Shown here in pieces: positions 53,601 to 63,302 of a stretch of DNA of 64,000 nt. The notes below the pieces were generated by a model. It searched no databases, had not been told where the DNA came from, and worked only from the letters and a program-made list of their open reading frames with translations. Numbering within the stretch: position 1 is the stretch's first letter; the number at the start of each line of letters is the position of its first letter. Origin of the DNA: Ruditapes philippinarum (taxonomy: Eukaryota); NCBI RefSeq assembly GCF_026571515.1, contig NW_026863680.1, positions 62,001 to 126,000 of the forward strand, given 5' to 3'. Both the position numbers and the translations under genes were made by a program.

Positions 53601-56600
53601 GGGTAGGGCAAATTCAACACTAGGGGCATAATTAAAACAACTTTAGTACAGGACCCATAGATGATATTATATACCAAATATCAAAGCTCTAAGCCTTGTA
53701 CCTTCAGACAAGAAGATTTTTAATTTATTACTATATGTTCATAGTGAAAATCAATGACCCCTAGGGGTGGGGCCAATTTTGACCCTAGGACTATAATTTG
53801 TACAATCTTGCTAGAGGTTCACTACACAATGTTTCATGCAAAATATCTTAACTCTAGCCTTTGTCAATTTAGAGAAGATGATTTTTTAAGTTTTTACTAT
53901 ATACATATAAGGAAAACCTATGGCCCCCGGTGTGGGGCTAATTTTGACACTAGAGGCAAAATTTGAACAACTTTGGTAGAGTACCTATAGATGATATCAT
54001 TTAACAAATATTAAAGCTCTAAGCCTTGTACCTTCAGACAATAAGATTTTTTTTATATTTTACTATATGTAAATATTGAAAATCAATGACCAACGAAGCG
54101 GGGGCAATTTTGACCCCAGGGCTATAATCTGAACAATCTTGCTAGAGGTTCACTACACAATGTTTCATGCAAAATATCTTACCTCTAGCATTTGTCAATT
54201 ACTAGAAGATTTTTTTTAAAGTTTTTACTGTAAGTTTTTACTATATACATATAAGGAAAACCAATGACCCCCGGGTTGGGTCGATTTTGACCCCAGGGCT
54301 ATAATTTGAACAATCTTGGTAAAGGTCTACCAGACAATGCCTTATGCAAAATATCTAAGCTCTAGGCCTTTTGGGTCTTTTCAAGAAGATATTTTTAGTT
54401 TTTACTATATGTACATATTGCGAAAATCAATGCCCCCGGGCGGGGCCGATTTTGACCCCAGGGCTATAATTTGAACAATCTTGGTAAAGGTCTACCAGAC
54501 AATGCCTTATGCAAAATATCTAAGCTCTAGGCCTTTTGGGTCTTTATAAGAAGATATTTTTAGTTTTTACTATATGAACATATAGTGAAAATCAATGACC
54601 CCCGGGCGGGGCCGATTTTGACCCCAGGGCTATAATTTGAACAATCTTGGTAGAGGTCTACCAGACAATGCCTTATGCAAAATATCTAAGCTCTAGGCCT
54701 TTTGGGTCTTTACAAGAAGATTTTTTAAATTTATTCTTATAATTCCTTTTGGTTGCCATGGCAACCAGATTTCTGCATGGAATGAAATTCTTTGAACAAC
54801 TTTGGAAGCCCTTCACCCAAGGATCAATCCTGCCAAGTTTGGTTGAAATTGGACTAGTGGTTTTTCACAAGAAGATTTTTTAAGTTCACTATATAATCTA
54901 TATAACACACACACACACAAACAAACAAACAAACGCACACACACACACACACACACAGGTGAATCGCTATATGCCACCGCATCGCAGATGCTGCGGTGGC
55001 ATAAAAAGATTTGTTAACATAGAATATCACTTTTTTCTATTACTTACTGATTGGTCTGGTAAAGAAAACTTCTTTGAAAAGTGAAAGCATCTGGTCCTGA
55101 AACATATATTACATTTATTTTTATCAATAATTTTAGTTATTAATATGTCAGACAACATACCCTTTCTACACCCACATTAAGTACAATTATCAAATGCAAA
55201 CATCAATTACTAGCTATAACCAGACACTAGCACAAAACTATCAATATCTTTAAAAGGAAAATATTTCATCTCAGAAATTGTAAACTTTATCACAAGCCTT
55301 CTTTATAAAAAAGATGGGTTTACTATATAAACATGTTCCAAAATGCTAAATATATCTATTTCTCAAAGTGTTTTGGCAACTCTTATTTTCCCACATTTAC
55401 TTAATATATGACAATTCAAAAATGTACAAATTAGACAGACACAGATCAGTTCAGAAAAGGGACCAACGGAAAACCTCTCATGTAGGACAAGTTCATTGAA
55501 AAGCAGGGTTAAGTTCAACAAAGCCTCTGCCAATTGGGGTCATGCTCAAGTTTTTTCCCTTTTTCCATGGGATAAAGCATATTTCAGTGGGGGGAAAAAT
55601 CATTTACTCAAAGAAATTTCAGACTGATCTTGACCATGGCTCAAGTATTACTCATACATATAAGTGGGTTTGTCTATCAAATAACATTTATTGAAAATTC
55701 AACAATATGACCTTGATAGTCGAGATCATTTAAAGGTCAAATTCAATAAATTACCCAGATTGTCAAGGTTACATCAAGTTCAAGGTCATACATCAGTTAT
55801 CAAGGTATCAGTTCTGTTATAAGATTTGATTTGTCAACATATGAATCATCTTCATTGACAAATAAAACAACGTTAATAACTATAACTGAAACATTATATA
55901 CTTTAGGATAATTGTAAAATGATAAAGTCTTACTAGTGTCATGTCATCTGTACTTTCTCCTGTAGTCAATCTTTTGTAACTCTTACTGACAAGCTTAAAT
56001 TTCTGTAAAATATTCAAACATACATGTTTCATTAATAACTATGTATGGAACCACAATAACTTAACCTATTAAAACTTCTGCCTATATCTTACAAGGGCGT
56101 AGCGCCCATTACGCACAATACGCAATTGCGTATAAAAAAATTCGGAAGGTAAAAAAATAAAGTTGAGAAAATCTAAGTTTTAATGATTTTATCGCTATAA
56201 ATCTAGATCTCAATTTCTGTTTACAAAATATTCCGTTGCGTCATATCGTTTACTAGTGTAAACTATGATTGCGTCACTCTATCGTATGACGTTTCAATAT
56301 ATATGCAATAGGAATTTAAGTTTCTCGTTAACTCGAAGCATTTACAAACTTACTGCACAGAGATAAATGAAAAGATCAGCATTAATTTATCATAACAACT
56401 TATCGTTGGTTAAATTCTAAGAAAATAAAGATTATTAAGACTTTTCTTAAAGATTAAGACAAATCCTTTCTAAATCGTTTCCTTTGGAATAGCTCTATTT
56501 TAAAACGACTTTAAATCTTTTAAGTTCTAGATCCATCAACTCGGGACAAAATTTAATTTTTGGTGTGTTGTTAGTTGTAAAAATGAAAAGAAACATCCGT

Positions 56601-58787
56601 CAAATTCCAGGACAAGCGACCCTGTTTATGGTCCTAAAACAGGACCATATTCAAGTCGATAATGAATCTGACCAGGCAGAAACAAAACAGAATTCACAAG
56701 ACCTAGCATGTGAACCTCCTGTGATCAGCAAATCAGACGCCAATGTCGCGTCTCCTTCTCTCCTTTCTTCTTCTTCTCCGCCCACCTCCTCTTCTTCGTC
56801 ATGCCCTGCTTCATCTCCCCTCGAGAACCGCTAGAAGCTCCCTGGGAGCACGATTCCTGGATATCGGAAGTGTTGATATCAGAAGCCGACTAAGAATGCT
56901 AGATTCTAATAAAATGTTGTCCTCACCGAACGGTTCGAGCCAAATACAGGTTGGGTTGCACCTCTCAGAGAACTCAAAAAAGGGCAACAAGAACTTCTGA
57001 AGGCGAGTGCCGGACTGTGTGTTTGAGCAAGAGAAGCACCCATCTACTTAAAGTACATCCCTTTATTTAATGGGGGTATTTTGTGCTCCATGTTCTGCCT
57101 TTAATGCGTCTGAAAATGTGCTTGTTGCTTGTCCGTTGATTGACTGTAGCAACGCTAGAAAAGTCGTAGATGGGGACACACACACTCAAAAGAACACATG
57201 AATTCTATCACAAAAGCCGACCACTATGTACGCATCTGCAGGAAGGAAGAGCAGAATGTGGTCGAGTTCGGATCAACGGCCTATCGGCAGAAAGTACAAA
57301 AGATCGAGAGGCGTTAGCAGCCATCATTGAGGCCACATTTTTTGTGGGCAACAATATATATCTATGAGTAAGTCCGTTACTTTCTCATCACCGCCTGAGG
57401 AGACCTATGGGGTGATTTAATATCTCGTTGTATCTGGGAGTGGTATCTGGTAATTTCCCTACTTTCTTACGATGGAATAGAAGAGTTCTCGGAGTATAAT
57501 TTTTCTTGTGCATTTGGAAATAATTAATACATATACACTTGCAGTGATTTTTCTCGCTTAATTGGGAAGAAGCCTTAGCCTCTTGATTTGGGAAAAATTA
57601 TCGCTAAAATTGCTAATTTGGGAAGAAAAAAGCATGTTTCAGTTCAGATTTTAGGGAAAACTGCATGATTTTAAAGAAAATTTCAATTGGGAAGAGGCCC
57701 TTTTTCTGAGTCTGTTATATATGTAGGAAAAATCACTGACTTGGATAAATAAGACTGAAAAACCGTTCTTACCAAACTGATTTGATGAGAAATGCTAAAA
57801 AAAACTTGTTATCTGGTTAAATGCGTTTTACAATTGGACGGGCATTCATACATAAACCAAATTCATGATCTGCATCCTAATTCAAACTTCACATGGAAAA
57901 ATGTTTGTGTATGTTTATATGCACGTGTAAAATAAGAAAACAACATGGCGTACACTTCCTTTTATCTTCAAAAATCTGTTCGAAGTTATAATGAAATAAG
58001 TTAAAATGTAAAACGAGCAGCTATATGTTTATCAATTTATGGGGAAAAATGACTTGAGAAAGCTATATGCTTTACGTGCAAAAGTTGCTTCAAGACATGC
58101 CAGAGTCCAATATTTTACATCTAATTTTTCAAAATTTTCCGGGGGAGATCCCCCGTACCCCCACCAGCGGGAGGGGGACACCCCCTCCCGCACGCTCCCC
58201 CTCTCGGCACTTCGTGCCTCGCTTTGCGTATAATTTTTCAAGCCCTAGCTACGCCCCTGTCTTATCCCTTGTGCTCTAACAAGAAATATACAATATATAT
58301 GACAAACTTGTAATGATAATGTATTAACATTAAATTAACACTAGAAATAGCTTGTAAAACAATTCTTTGAATTCAGTTTAAGATATCTTCAGTCAGTTTA
58401 ATCTTACAAATGTATAAAGACTAAGTTATTCTAAATATTAATGAATTGTGTTAACAGATCAACATCCAAGGTGAATATCGTCTGGGAAATTATCCTTCAT
58501 TTTTTAAATTTTTTCCTCAAAAAAAAGAATAATTACTTCTGAATCATGATAATCATTAGTGTGTGACTTGTACTCACAAGAAGATTAACAACACATCTTT
58601 AAATGGTCCTGTTTTGTTTTGCTAAAAATACTACACTTTATCTTGTTTGTAAAGTTTTAAACAGAACATTGCAAGCTTTAAGATAAATAACTTACTGTGA
58701 GAGCATCTTGTGAACCACTGTGTTTATCTGGGTGCCATTTTAACGCCAGTCGTTTGTAACTTGTTCTTATAGAATCCTGGTCCACTC
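29440..58787 (-). CDS. TTC31: Spliced gene (5'-incomplete, 19 coding exons in window): DnaJ domain + 3 TPR + UBA + RRM + CCCH zinc finger protein, TTC31-like
   Basis: Exons in transcript order (all AG/GT, phases consistent): 58696-58787, 55934-56002, 55048-55096, 50301-50470, 49674-49757, 49138-49194, 48568-48647, 48097-48127, 47706-47874, 47048-47138, 46083-46133, 45102-45192, 44644-44748, 44071-44161, 43454-43559, 43015-43104, 42309-42411, 41327-41451, 29440-29617. Total 1832 nt, about 609 aa plus stop. Motifs: SYKRLALKWHPDK (J), NAEELITEEEKEKRRAEKRRAKKK (TTC31-like coiled coil), KGNEMAHLGHY / FFGNRSYCY / WPKGYFRQG (TPR), EMGFTRHQA (UBA), LWVGNV / KYCAFVNF (RRM), CYFWRTTGCTYGDKCRNSH (CCCH). 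Symbol assigned from recalled similarity only. Confidence 0.88.
30469..30612. repeat. Minisatellite, about 3 x 50-51 bp
   Basis: GGTAATTA(T)AACAGAATGCCTATAGGAGTAAGCTCCCTTGAATATC units at 30469, 30520, 30570. Confidence 0.9.
32308..33680 (+). mobile_element. Older HINE-like element with degenerate TGACCTTGACC repeats
   Basis: AACAAG...CACAAATGCCCC start; ACAGACAGAC; CTATATGCCCAGGGGCATAA end. Confidence 0.7.
34889..35810 (+). mobile_element. HINE-like element with ~145-bp TGACCTTGACCTTTGACC repeats
   Basis: AACAAG...ATGCCCCCC start; about 5 monomers; GACC/GGAC microsatellite; 3' hairpin CCCCCTCTTC-TTC-GAAGGGGGGCATAA. Confidence 0.85.
39274..40022 (+). mobile_element. HINE-like element with 4 x ~160-bp repeats
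   Basis: AACTAGAAATGTGTCC...GGACA start; CTAAGTCAAGGGCAATAACTC monomers at about 39338, 39498, 39659, 39821; GGACGGACGGAC; GCCCGCCAC...GTGGGGGCAC hairpin. Confidence 0.85.
41327..41451 (-). CDS. Exon: RRM end and linker
   Basis: GVECGGQRLLIKFPDHPITNGNDHGTITLRKNQSNTTTTTK. Confidence 0.9.
42309..42411 (-). CDS. Exon: RRM (RNP1)
   Basis: FGQVKSVRCLPEKYCAFVNFSTKEAAGKAMVGLQ. Confidence 0.92.
43015..43104 (-). CDS. Exon: RRM (RNP2)
   Basis: PKNPEGLTALWVGNVLPEVTDKKLHQMFA. Confidence 0.92.
43454..43559 (-). CDS. Exon: linker
   Basis: ENSLTSSQEVYVSDDEEFTAASQNSRTSGSDTKM. Confidence 0.85.
43742..43993 (-). mobile_element. Old V-domain SINE copy
   Basis: Reverse complement shows GCTATCCAGCTAGCTTATGGAACATAGATGGTTCTACTTAGGTGCCTG...GCCTGAAAT...AAAGCTGGAAAGTTGCCATATAACC. 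Confidence 0.78.
44071..44161 (-). CDS. Exon: UBA-like domain
   Basis: EMGFTRHQAEAAIKKYGTVQAALDSLLAGV (MGF motif). Confidence 0.9.
44644..44748 (-). CDS. Exon: TPR3 and capping helix
   Basis: MFPEAEQAFTQVLKLDKNCEDAVQELLRVRTHQIM. Confidence 0.92.
45102..45192 (-). CDS. Exon: TPR2-TPR3
   Basis: ALKDAEKAISLAKDWPKGYFRQGRALAGLK. Confidence 0.92.
45660..46070. mobile_element. Hairpin-centred non-autonomous element remnant (intronic)
   Basis: GTAAGAT...ATATATTT...TTTCACG...CGCGAGTGAAA...AAATATAT...ATCTTAC inverted arms, plus CAGTGAAA repeats. Confidence 0.5.
46083..46133 (-). CDS. Exon: TPR2 start
   Basis: FFGNRSYCYDRIQQYE. Confidence 0.9.
47048..47138 (-). CDS. Exon: TPR1
   Basis: KGNEMAHLGHYNAAIELFSEAIKLDPKDF. 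Confidence 0.92.
47706..47874 (-). CDS. Exon of TTC31-like gene
   Basis: GFDPNSAFFTKVVNKKKKSPLSVETPPSRQRKEKGDKSDEESEELDPKTLRSRQLA. Confidence 0.87.
48097..48127 (-). CDS. 31-nt micro-exon of TTC31-like gene
   Basis: ttttccag|G GGT GAT GCA TCA ACA TCC TCG GAC GAA GCA|gtaagt; needed to restore frame between the flanking exons. Confidence 0.78.
48568..48647 (-). CDS. Exon of TTC31-like gene
   Basis: EEKKSSKQKVKEISENIPEKNKKTDM, phase 0/2. Confidence 0.8.
49138..49194 (-). CDS. Exon of TTC31-like gene
   Basis: RRREKKKQEKTDTDSFEPQ, tttcag/gtatt. Confidence 0.82.
49674..49757 (-). CDS. Exon: TTC31-type charged coiled coil
   Basis: EISRNAEELITEEEKEKRRAEKRRAKKK. Confidence 0.88.
50301..50470 (-). 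CDS. Exon: acidic region
   Basis: SYNGSGYDSSDDDDDDEDIEEEVKYSNLFPDKIKLKQDWKKAREEGDIMGKKLSAE. Confidence 0.88.
50992..52393 (+). mobile_element. Same HINE-like family with 7 x ~166-bp internal repeats
   Basis: Same ends as 27491; GGGCCAATTTTGACCCCAGGGCTTTTATTTGAACAAACTTGGTAGAC monomers at about 51051, 51213, 51384, 51550, 51717, 51883, 52049; 3' hairpin collapsed to AAAGCTGAGCT. Confidence 0.88.
52592..55004 (+). mobile_element. HINE-like element with composite ~165-bp satellite array and (CA)n
   Basis: ATGCCACCGCAT near both ends; 3' hairpin ATGCCACCGCATC-GCA-GATGCTGCGGTGGCAT; (CA)n at 54905-54957. Confidence 0.85.
55048..55096 (-). CDS. Exon of TTC31-like gene
   Basis: DQMLSLFKEVFFTRPI, tttcag/gtaagt, phase 0/1. 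Confidence 0.82.
55934..56002 (-). CDS. Exon: J-domain helix III
   Basis: KFKLVSKSYKRLTTGESTDDMTL, ag/gtaag, phase 0/0. Confidence 0.88.
56092..58259 (+). mobile_element. Internally deleted hAT transposon (TTF zinc finger / DUF4371-type), 5-bp TSD
   Basis: TIRs CAAGGGCGTAGC / GCTACGCCCCTG (11/12); TCTTA on both flanks; transposase remnants MKRNIRQIPGQATLF, GVFCAPCSAF...KEHMNS, REALAAIIEAT. Confidence 0.82.
57542..57738. mobile_element. MITE nested in the hAT element
   Basis: TIR CAGTGATTTTTC / GAAAAATCACTG, internal TTGGGAA repeats, ACTTG on both flanks. Confidence 0.82.
58696..58787 (-). CDS. Exon: J-domain helix II and HPD motif
   Basis: cag|GA GTG GAC... translates GVDQDSIRTSYKRLALKWHPDKHSGSQDALT, then gtaagt. 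Confidence 0.92.
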
Positions 58788-59342
58788 CTGAATTACAAAA
58801 ACAATACTAATATATAATACAGTACAACACTTGCCTACCTGAGTAGTTTCAGCAAAAACAATCTTGTCAAGTAAAGACCATAATTATCACTGAATCATAA
58901 TGATTAAATATTGAATTAAAGCAACCAATGTCTATATAAGTAAATTACCAAGCATATTCATATGAACTGAATTCAAAACATTGTGAGATAAGATCTCAAA
59001 CCATCTAGTTAGAAGTAGGTTATCTCCTTCATGTTCAAAACATTGCAAAAAATGATGAAAAGTCTGTGACAAACACGAGTTTCATTCTACTTTTGTTGTA
59101 CTTTAGTCACAATCTAAAACAATTTAGGTCACAATGACATCATGATACCAAATTGAGACCCATTTGGGCTGGATTTCAGGACCAATTGACACCTTGGTTT
59201 AACCACCAAAATTCCTCACTTAAAGAATTTGATGTATCAAACATAAGCAGTAAGGTAAAAAACATGGATATAAGCCAATTTAATTATAACAATTGGAGGT
59301 ATGCTTAAAATCTCTCAATAAAGTTTTAAGTTATTAAAAATG

Positions 59343-59560
59343 CAGTGTAAGAAATTAGGATTTGAATCGACTAGGCTGGTCGGACTACCAGATTGGAATA
59401 TTCACTAGCCCAAAAGACAGTTCACTAGCACAATTCATTTGTTTACATTTGCCTCTGAAAATACAATACCCTGGTCGGGCTTGTTACAATGGAAAGTTGG
59501 TAGCCTGAGGAGAAATTTAGTAGTCAGGGGCTATAGGACTACTGCTAATTTCGAACACTG
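59343..59560 (+). mobile_element. hAT-type MITE, copy 1
   Basis: TIR CAGTGTAAGAAATTAG / CTAATTTCGAACACTG; AAAATG on both flanks. Confidence 0.82.
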
Positions 59561-60072
59561 AAAATGATGAAATTTTGGAATATTACTATGCCTTTTTTTC
59601 CCTTTAGAAATAGTTACTGTTTTCTCCTGAATCCAGTGTTAGTGACCAGTTTAATCCTATTGTGCCTATTACAAAATTTAATGATTTGAGTAATGCTAAA
59701 AGCACAAGCAAGTCATCCAACATCGGCCAACATTTTTTAAAATAAGTCAATCATGTATTCTGTTAAAAATAGTATCATTTATCACGCAACTTCTATGGCA
59801 AATGCTTGATAACACTTGTCTGATAATTATTTGTTATTAAGTTATTAACCTGATAACAAAAACAAGACCCATCAATTATAAGACTTAACACAAAGGTTCC
59901 CATTTTACTTTTATCAGGTGTTTCTTATATCACTGACTCTCATTTAGTCATTATCTAGTGATTGTCTTTAGAATTAAAATCAAAATGAAACTCATGTTTC
60001 AATTTAATTATGAATACATTAGATAGTGAACAAGCATCAACACAGCAGATATACGGAAATTTTCCAGCTTAA

Positions 60073-60684
60073 CCCATTACTTCATGAGCATTTTGTGAAA
60101 AATGGCTGTTTTATATCGAAAAGTCTCGCGTTACAAGTTCAAATTGGTATAATGCTATAAAAACTGCTTCACTACTAATCAAACTTGGCACAAATGTTGA
60201 CTGGACCATTGCCTTTGCAACAACATGCTCAGGCTTAAATTTTCTGTTACCATGGCAACCAGGGGACATCTCAAAATTGCCAAAGATCACTATTTTGCGT
60301 TGATTTTTCTCATCAAAATTGATTTAAATGTGCTGCAACTTCTCAAGGGTTTGAGATAGTCAAATGCTTTTCAGCGTTGGTTACACGTTACCTTATGATC
60401 GATCTGGGGTCATTTTTAGCCTCTCACAAGTCCAAAATTTTCTTGGCGATGAGGGGGACTGCTGCCCTGGGCCTTCAAACCCCCCAAACAGAAGGGGGCA
60501 CATCCCCCATCTGGCAACCCCCTGATGTATCTTTTGGTTGGAGGGCCGCTTTTTTTAACAACATTTTTCAAACAGAAACAAGTGTTGGGGGCCTAAATAA
60601 GGCATTTTTTCACCATTTGAGACAACAAATAGTGGGGGTGGGGGGTGAAAAATGCGTTAAAAGTTGTGTATATCACGTAATGGG
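60073..60684. mobile_element. piggyBac-type non-autonomous element
   Basis: TTAA|CCCATTAC...GTAATGGG|TTAA. Confidence 0.78.
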
Positions 60685-62672
60685 TTAACTAATGCAGTAT
60701 GACCTATGGTGTCTCTCCATGCATGAGTTCAGGCATGAAGGGGCATATAAGTAGAACCACTGTCTTTCCCTAAGCAGTGTCTGTGAGCAGGTGTTAAATT
60801 TAGATGTGTCTACTGTCAATGCAATACTGTGCCTTTGGCTTTATAAAATACAAACTGGTGAAATTTATATACAATATAGGGCCCAGTATTTAGTCCAGTT
60901 TTCGCTTATAACTTGTTTTTTTTCTTCCAGTTATGAAAAATAATCGGTATATTTATAATGTAAGAAGGGAAGAGGGCAGCGACTATGGGTGAGTACATGT
61001 AGCATTGCACAGGTATTACATATTCCAGGACTAGTATATATCAGACGTTAAGGGCAGCAACGGCTTGTTATAGTTTATGATAGTCAAGCTTGACATAGAT
61101 GTCATGTACACCTGTACCTGCAAGCAAAAAAAGGCCTACATAAGGAACTATTGAATTCTGATGACTTCATCAGTCCAAGGCAGGCATAATTTGTTTGACA
61201 ATTTATTGATTTTAACTGCGTTTCTGATGCATTTATGCAATGTGTTCGTCCAGTATTTTTTTTTTCAATTTTTAAAACAACCTGTGGCTTTCTGAAGAGA
61301 AAAATATTGCACGAAAAATGCAGAAATGGGGAGATCAAATTCAAACAACTCTGATTAACTTAACACCTGCTATTTTTCCTAAATGATGTGAACAATGTAC
61401 ATGGATGTTGGTGTTTAACATGAATAAATACGATCTGCTGCCCCATTTTACTTTCATTTTAGATATAGGAAAAAAGGTGCGTTATAGTTTCATATGATGC
61501 TTTGATTGAGCAATTTAAAAAATAATAATTTACTTTTATCATATTTAAATACGCCATACAAAGAAATATTCATTCACTGTGAATTTAGTGTGTTTTACTC
61601 TAGTTCTGGCTTCCATAACTCTCTATGTCGCTTTAATTTTGACGTTGTGCGACAGTAAAGTTATGGGTCAACCCTATTTGCAAAGGCTACCAGAATTTTG
61701 GCAGTTCGTGTGCCGTACATAAAAACCTATTAAAATGATCTTTATTAATCAAATTTGGCTCAAATAAAAATACCATTTGATAAACAAATCAATTTTGAAT
61801 CAATTCATGTTTTGTTTTTAAATGAAACTTCAATGACATTGTGTACCCAACTGTTTGTTAGGGAAATATGTAGATAATGTTTACCAATATGGAGACTGGA
61901 GTCTGCTTTCAAATGAAATCTCGCGGGACTTTAATTTTTGGGAATTCTAGCATCTATTTTTAGTAACGGACCATATACTATTTTTAGTAAGTGTACAATT
62001 TTAAATAAAAACAAACCAATAATTCACCAATCATTACTTAAAACAATATAATCCAACATGTTTTGGTACAATGTCTGTTATTGAATGAATAAACTGTTAT
62101 TCATAATTGCAAAAACATGTTTTCAATAAAAAAAAATTTGGGTCACCAAATGTCATGCAAAGGTATCCGAACCTAAATTCTAGCTAGTCACATGATAATT
62201 AGGGCAGCAATGGTGGCGAATTTTATGAATTGTGAACCCACTGATAAACTCTGAGGCATTATTTCATCAATCTAACGTTTTGTGTTCAAAAAATAGACTG
62301 AAGTGTCCCAAATATATCTAACTTACTACCTACAGGTATAAAAATAGCTTTTGTCTAAATCACTCAAATTTATTGAATTACAGCATGACATAAATATGTC
62401 ACGGTTCTGGTTGACTTTCAAATATGGGATTGGCTTCAGCGAACAGGTCAAGCAGTACTATAAAACCTGTTCGCTGAAGTCTCTTTAGATAGTTTTACTC
62501 GTGAGAGTTATACCGAAACAGTGCAATCAGATCTCTTCCTAGTTTCATTTGTTGACAGTTTGGGCTTGAATATATCTTGCTATGTATAATCAATGTGCCA
62601 GTGTTGTTTTCTTAAAGAGTATTTATTTATCTAAGATTTGACACTAGTATTGTTAAGCTCGGTGATAAAGTG

Positions 62673-62902
62673 CAGTGTTCGAAATAAGCAGTAGTCATAT
62701 AGCCCCTGACTACTAAATTTCTCCTCGGGCTACCAACTTTTCACAGTAACAAGCCCGACCAGGCTACTGTATTTTCAGAGGCAATATAAACAACTGTTTT
62801 GAACAAATGAATTGTGCTAGTGAAATGTCTTTTGGGCTATTGAATATTCCAATCTGGTAGTCCGACCAGCCTAGTCGATTCAAATCCTAATTTCTTACAC
62901 TG
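62673..62902 (-). mobile_element. hAT-type MITE, copy 2 (inverted relative to 59343)
   Basis: Reverse complement of 59343-59560 with high identity. Confidence 0.82.
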
Positions 62903-63302
62903 ATATAGTACACGACTCTATTCTATTCGGTTCCCGCAAATGACATCATAGACTTATACGAGGTCTCCCGTGACACCTAAATTGTCATGGCCGACTGTAG
63001 TCGGAGTAATTGATGTTTTACAGTTAAATAGGCAATTTTAATGACAGTATTAATATTTTGATAATTTAATTGACCTTTTTGAAAACCTAGCTAAACAACG
63101 TTTTCCGGTACATTACGGATTTAGCTCTGGGGAATTACACCAAATGAAGTACATAACACAGTTACATAATATTTCTATTTTTCTATCATTATTTTACAGT
63201 TTAAGGTGAAAAAAAATGATGTATTTGAAAATTATCAATATTCCTTTAATATCTATTGCAAATTTTTCAAAAAATAAATTGTTTATAAAGAAAATCAATA
63301 AA

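Noticed and set aside
56565-57367. ORFs 56565, 56743 and 57170 as host genes
   Set aside because: Frameshifted remnants inside the hAT TIRs.
61159-61176. CTGATGA hammerhead-like core
   Set aside because: No stem II followed by GAAA; just a short palindrome.
61102-61344. ORF containing NYACLGLMKS as the missing first J-domain exon
   Set aside because: There is no phase-1 GT donor at the required position; the first exon is probably beyond 64000.
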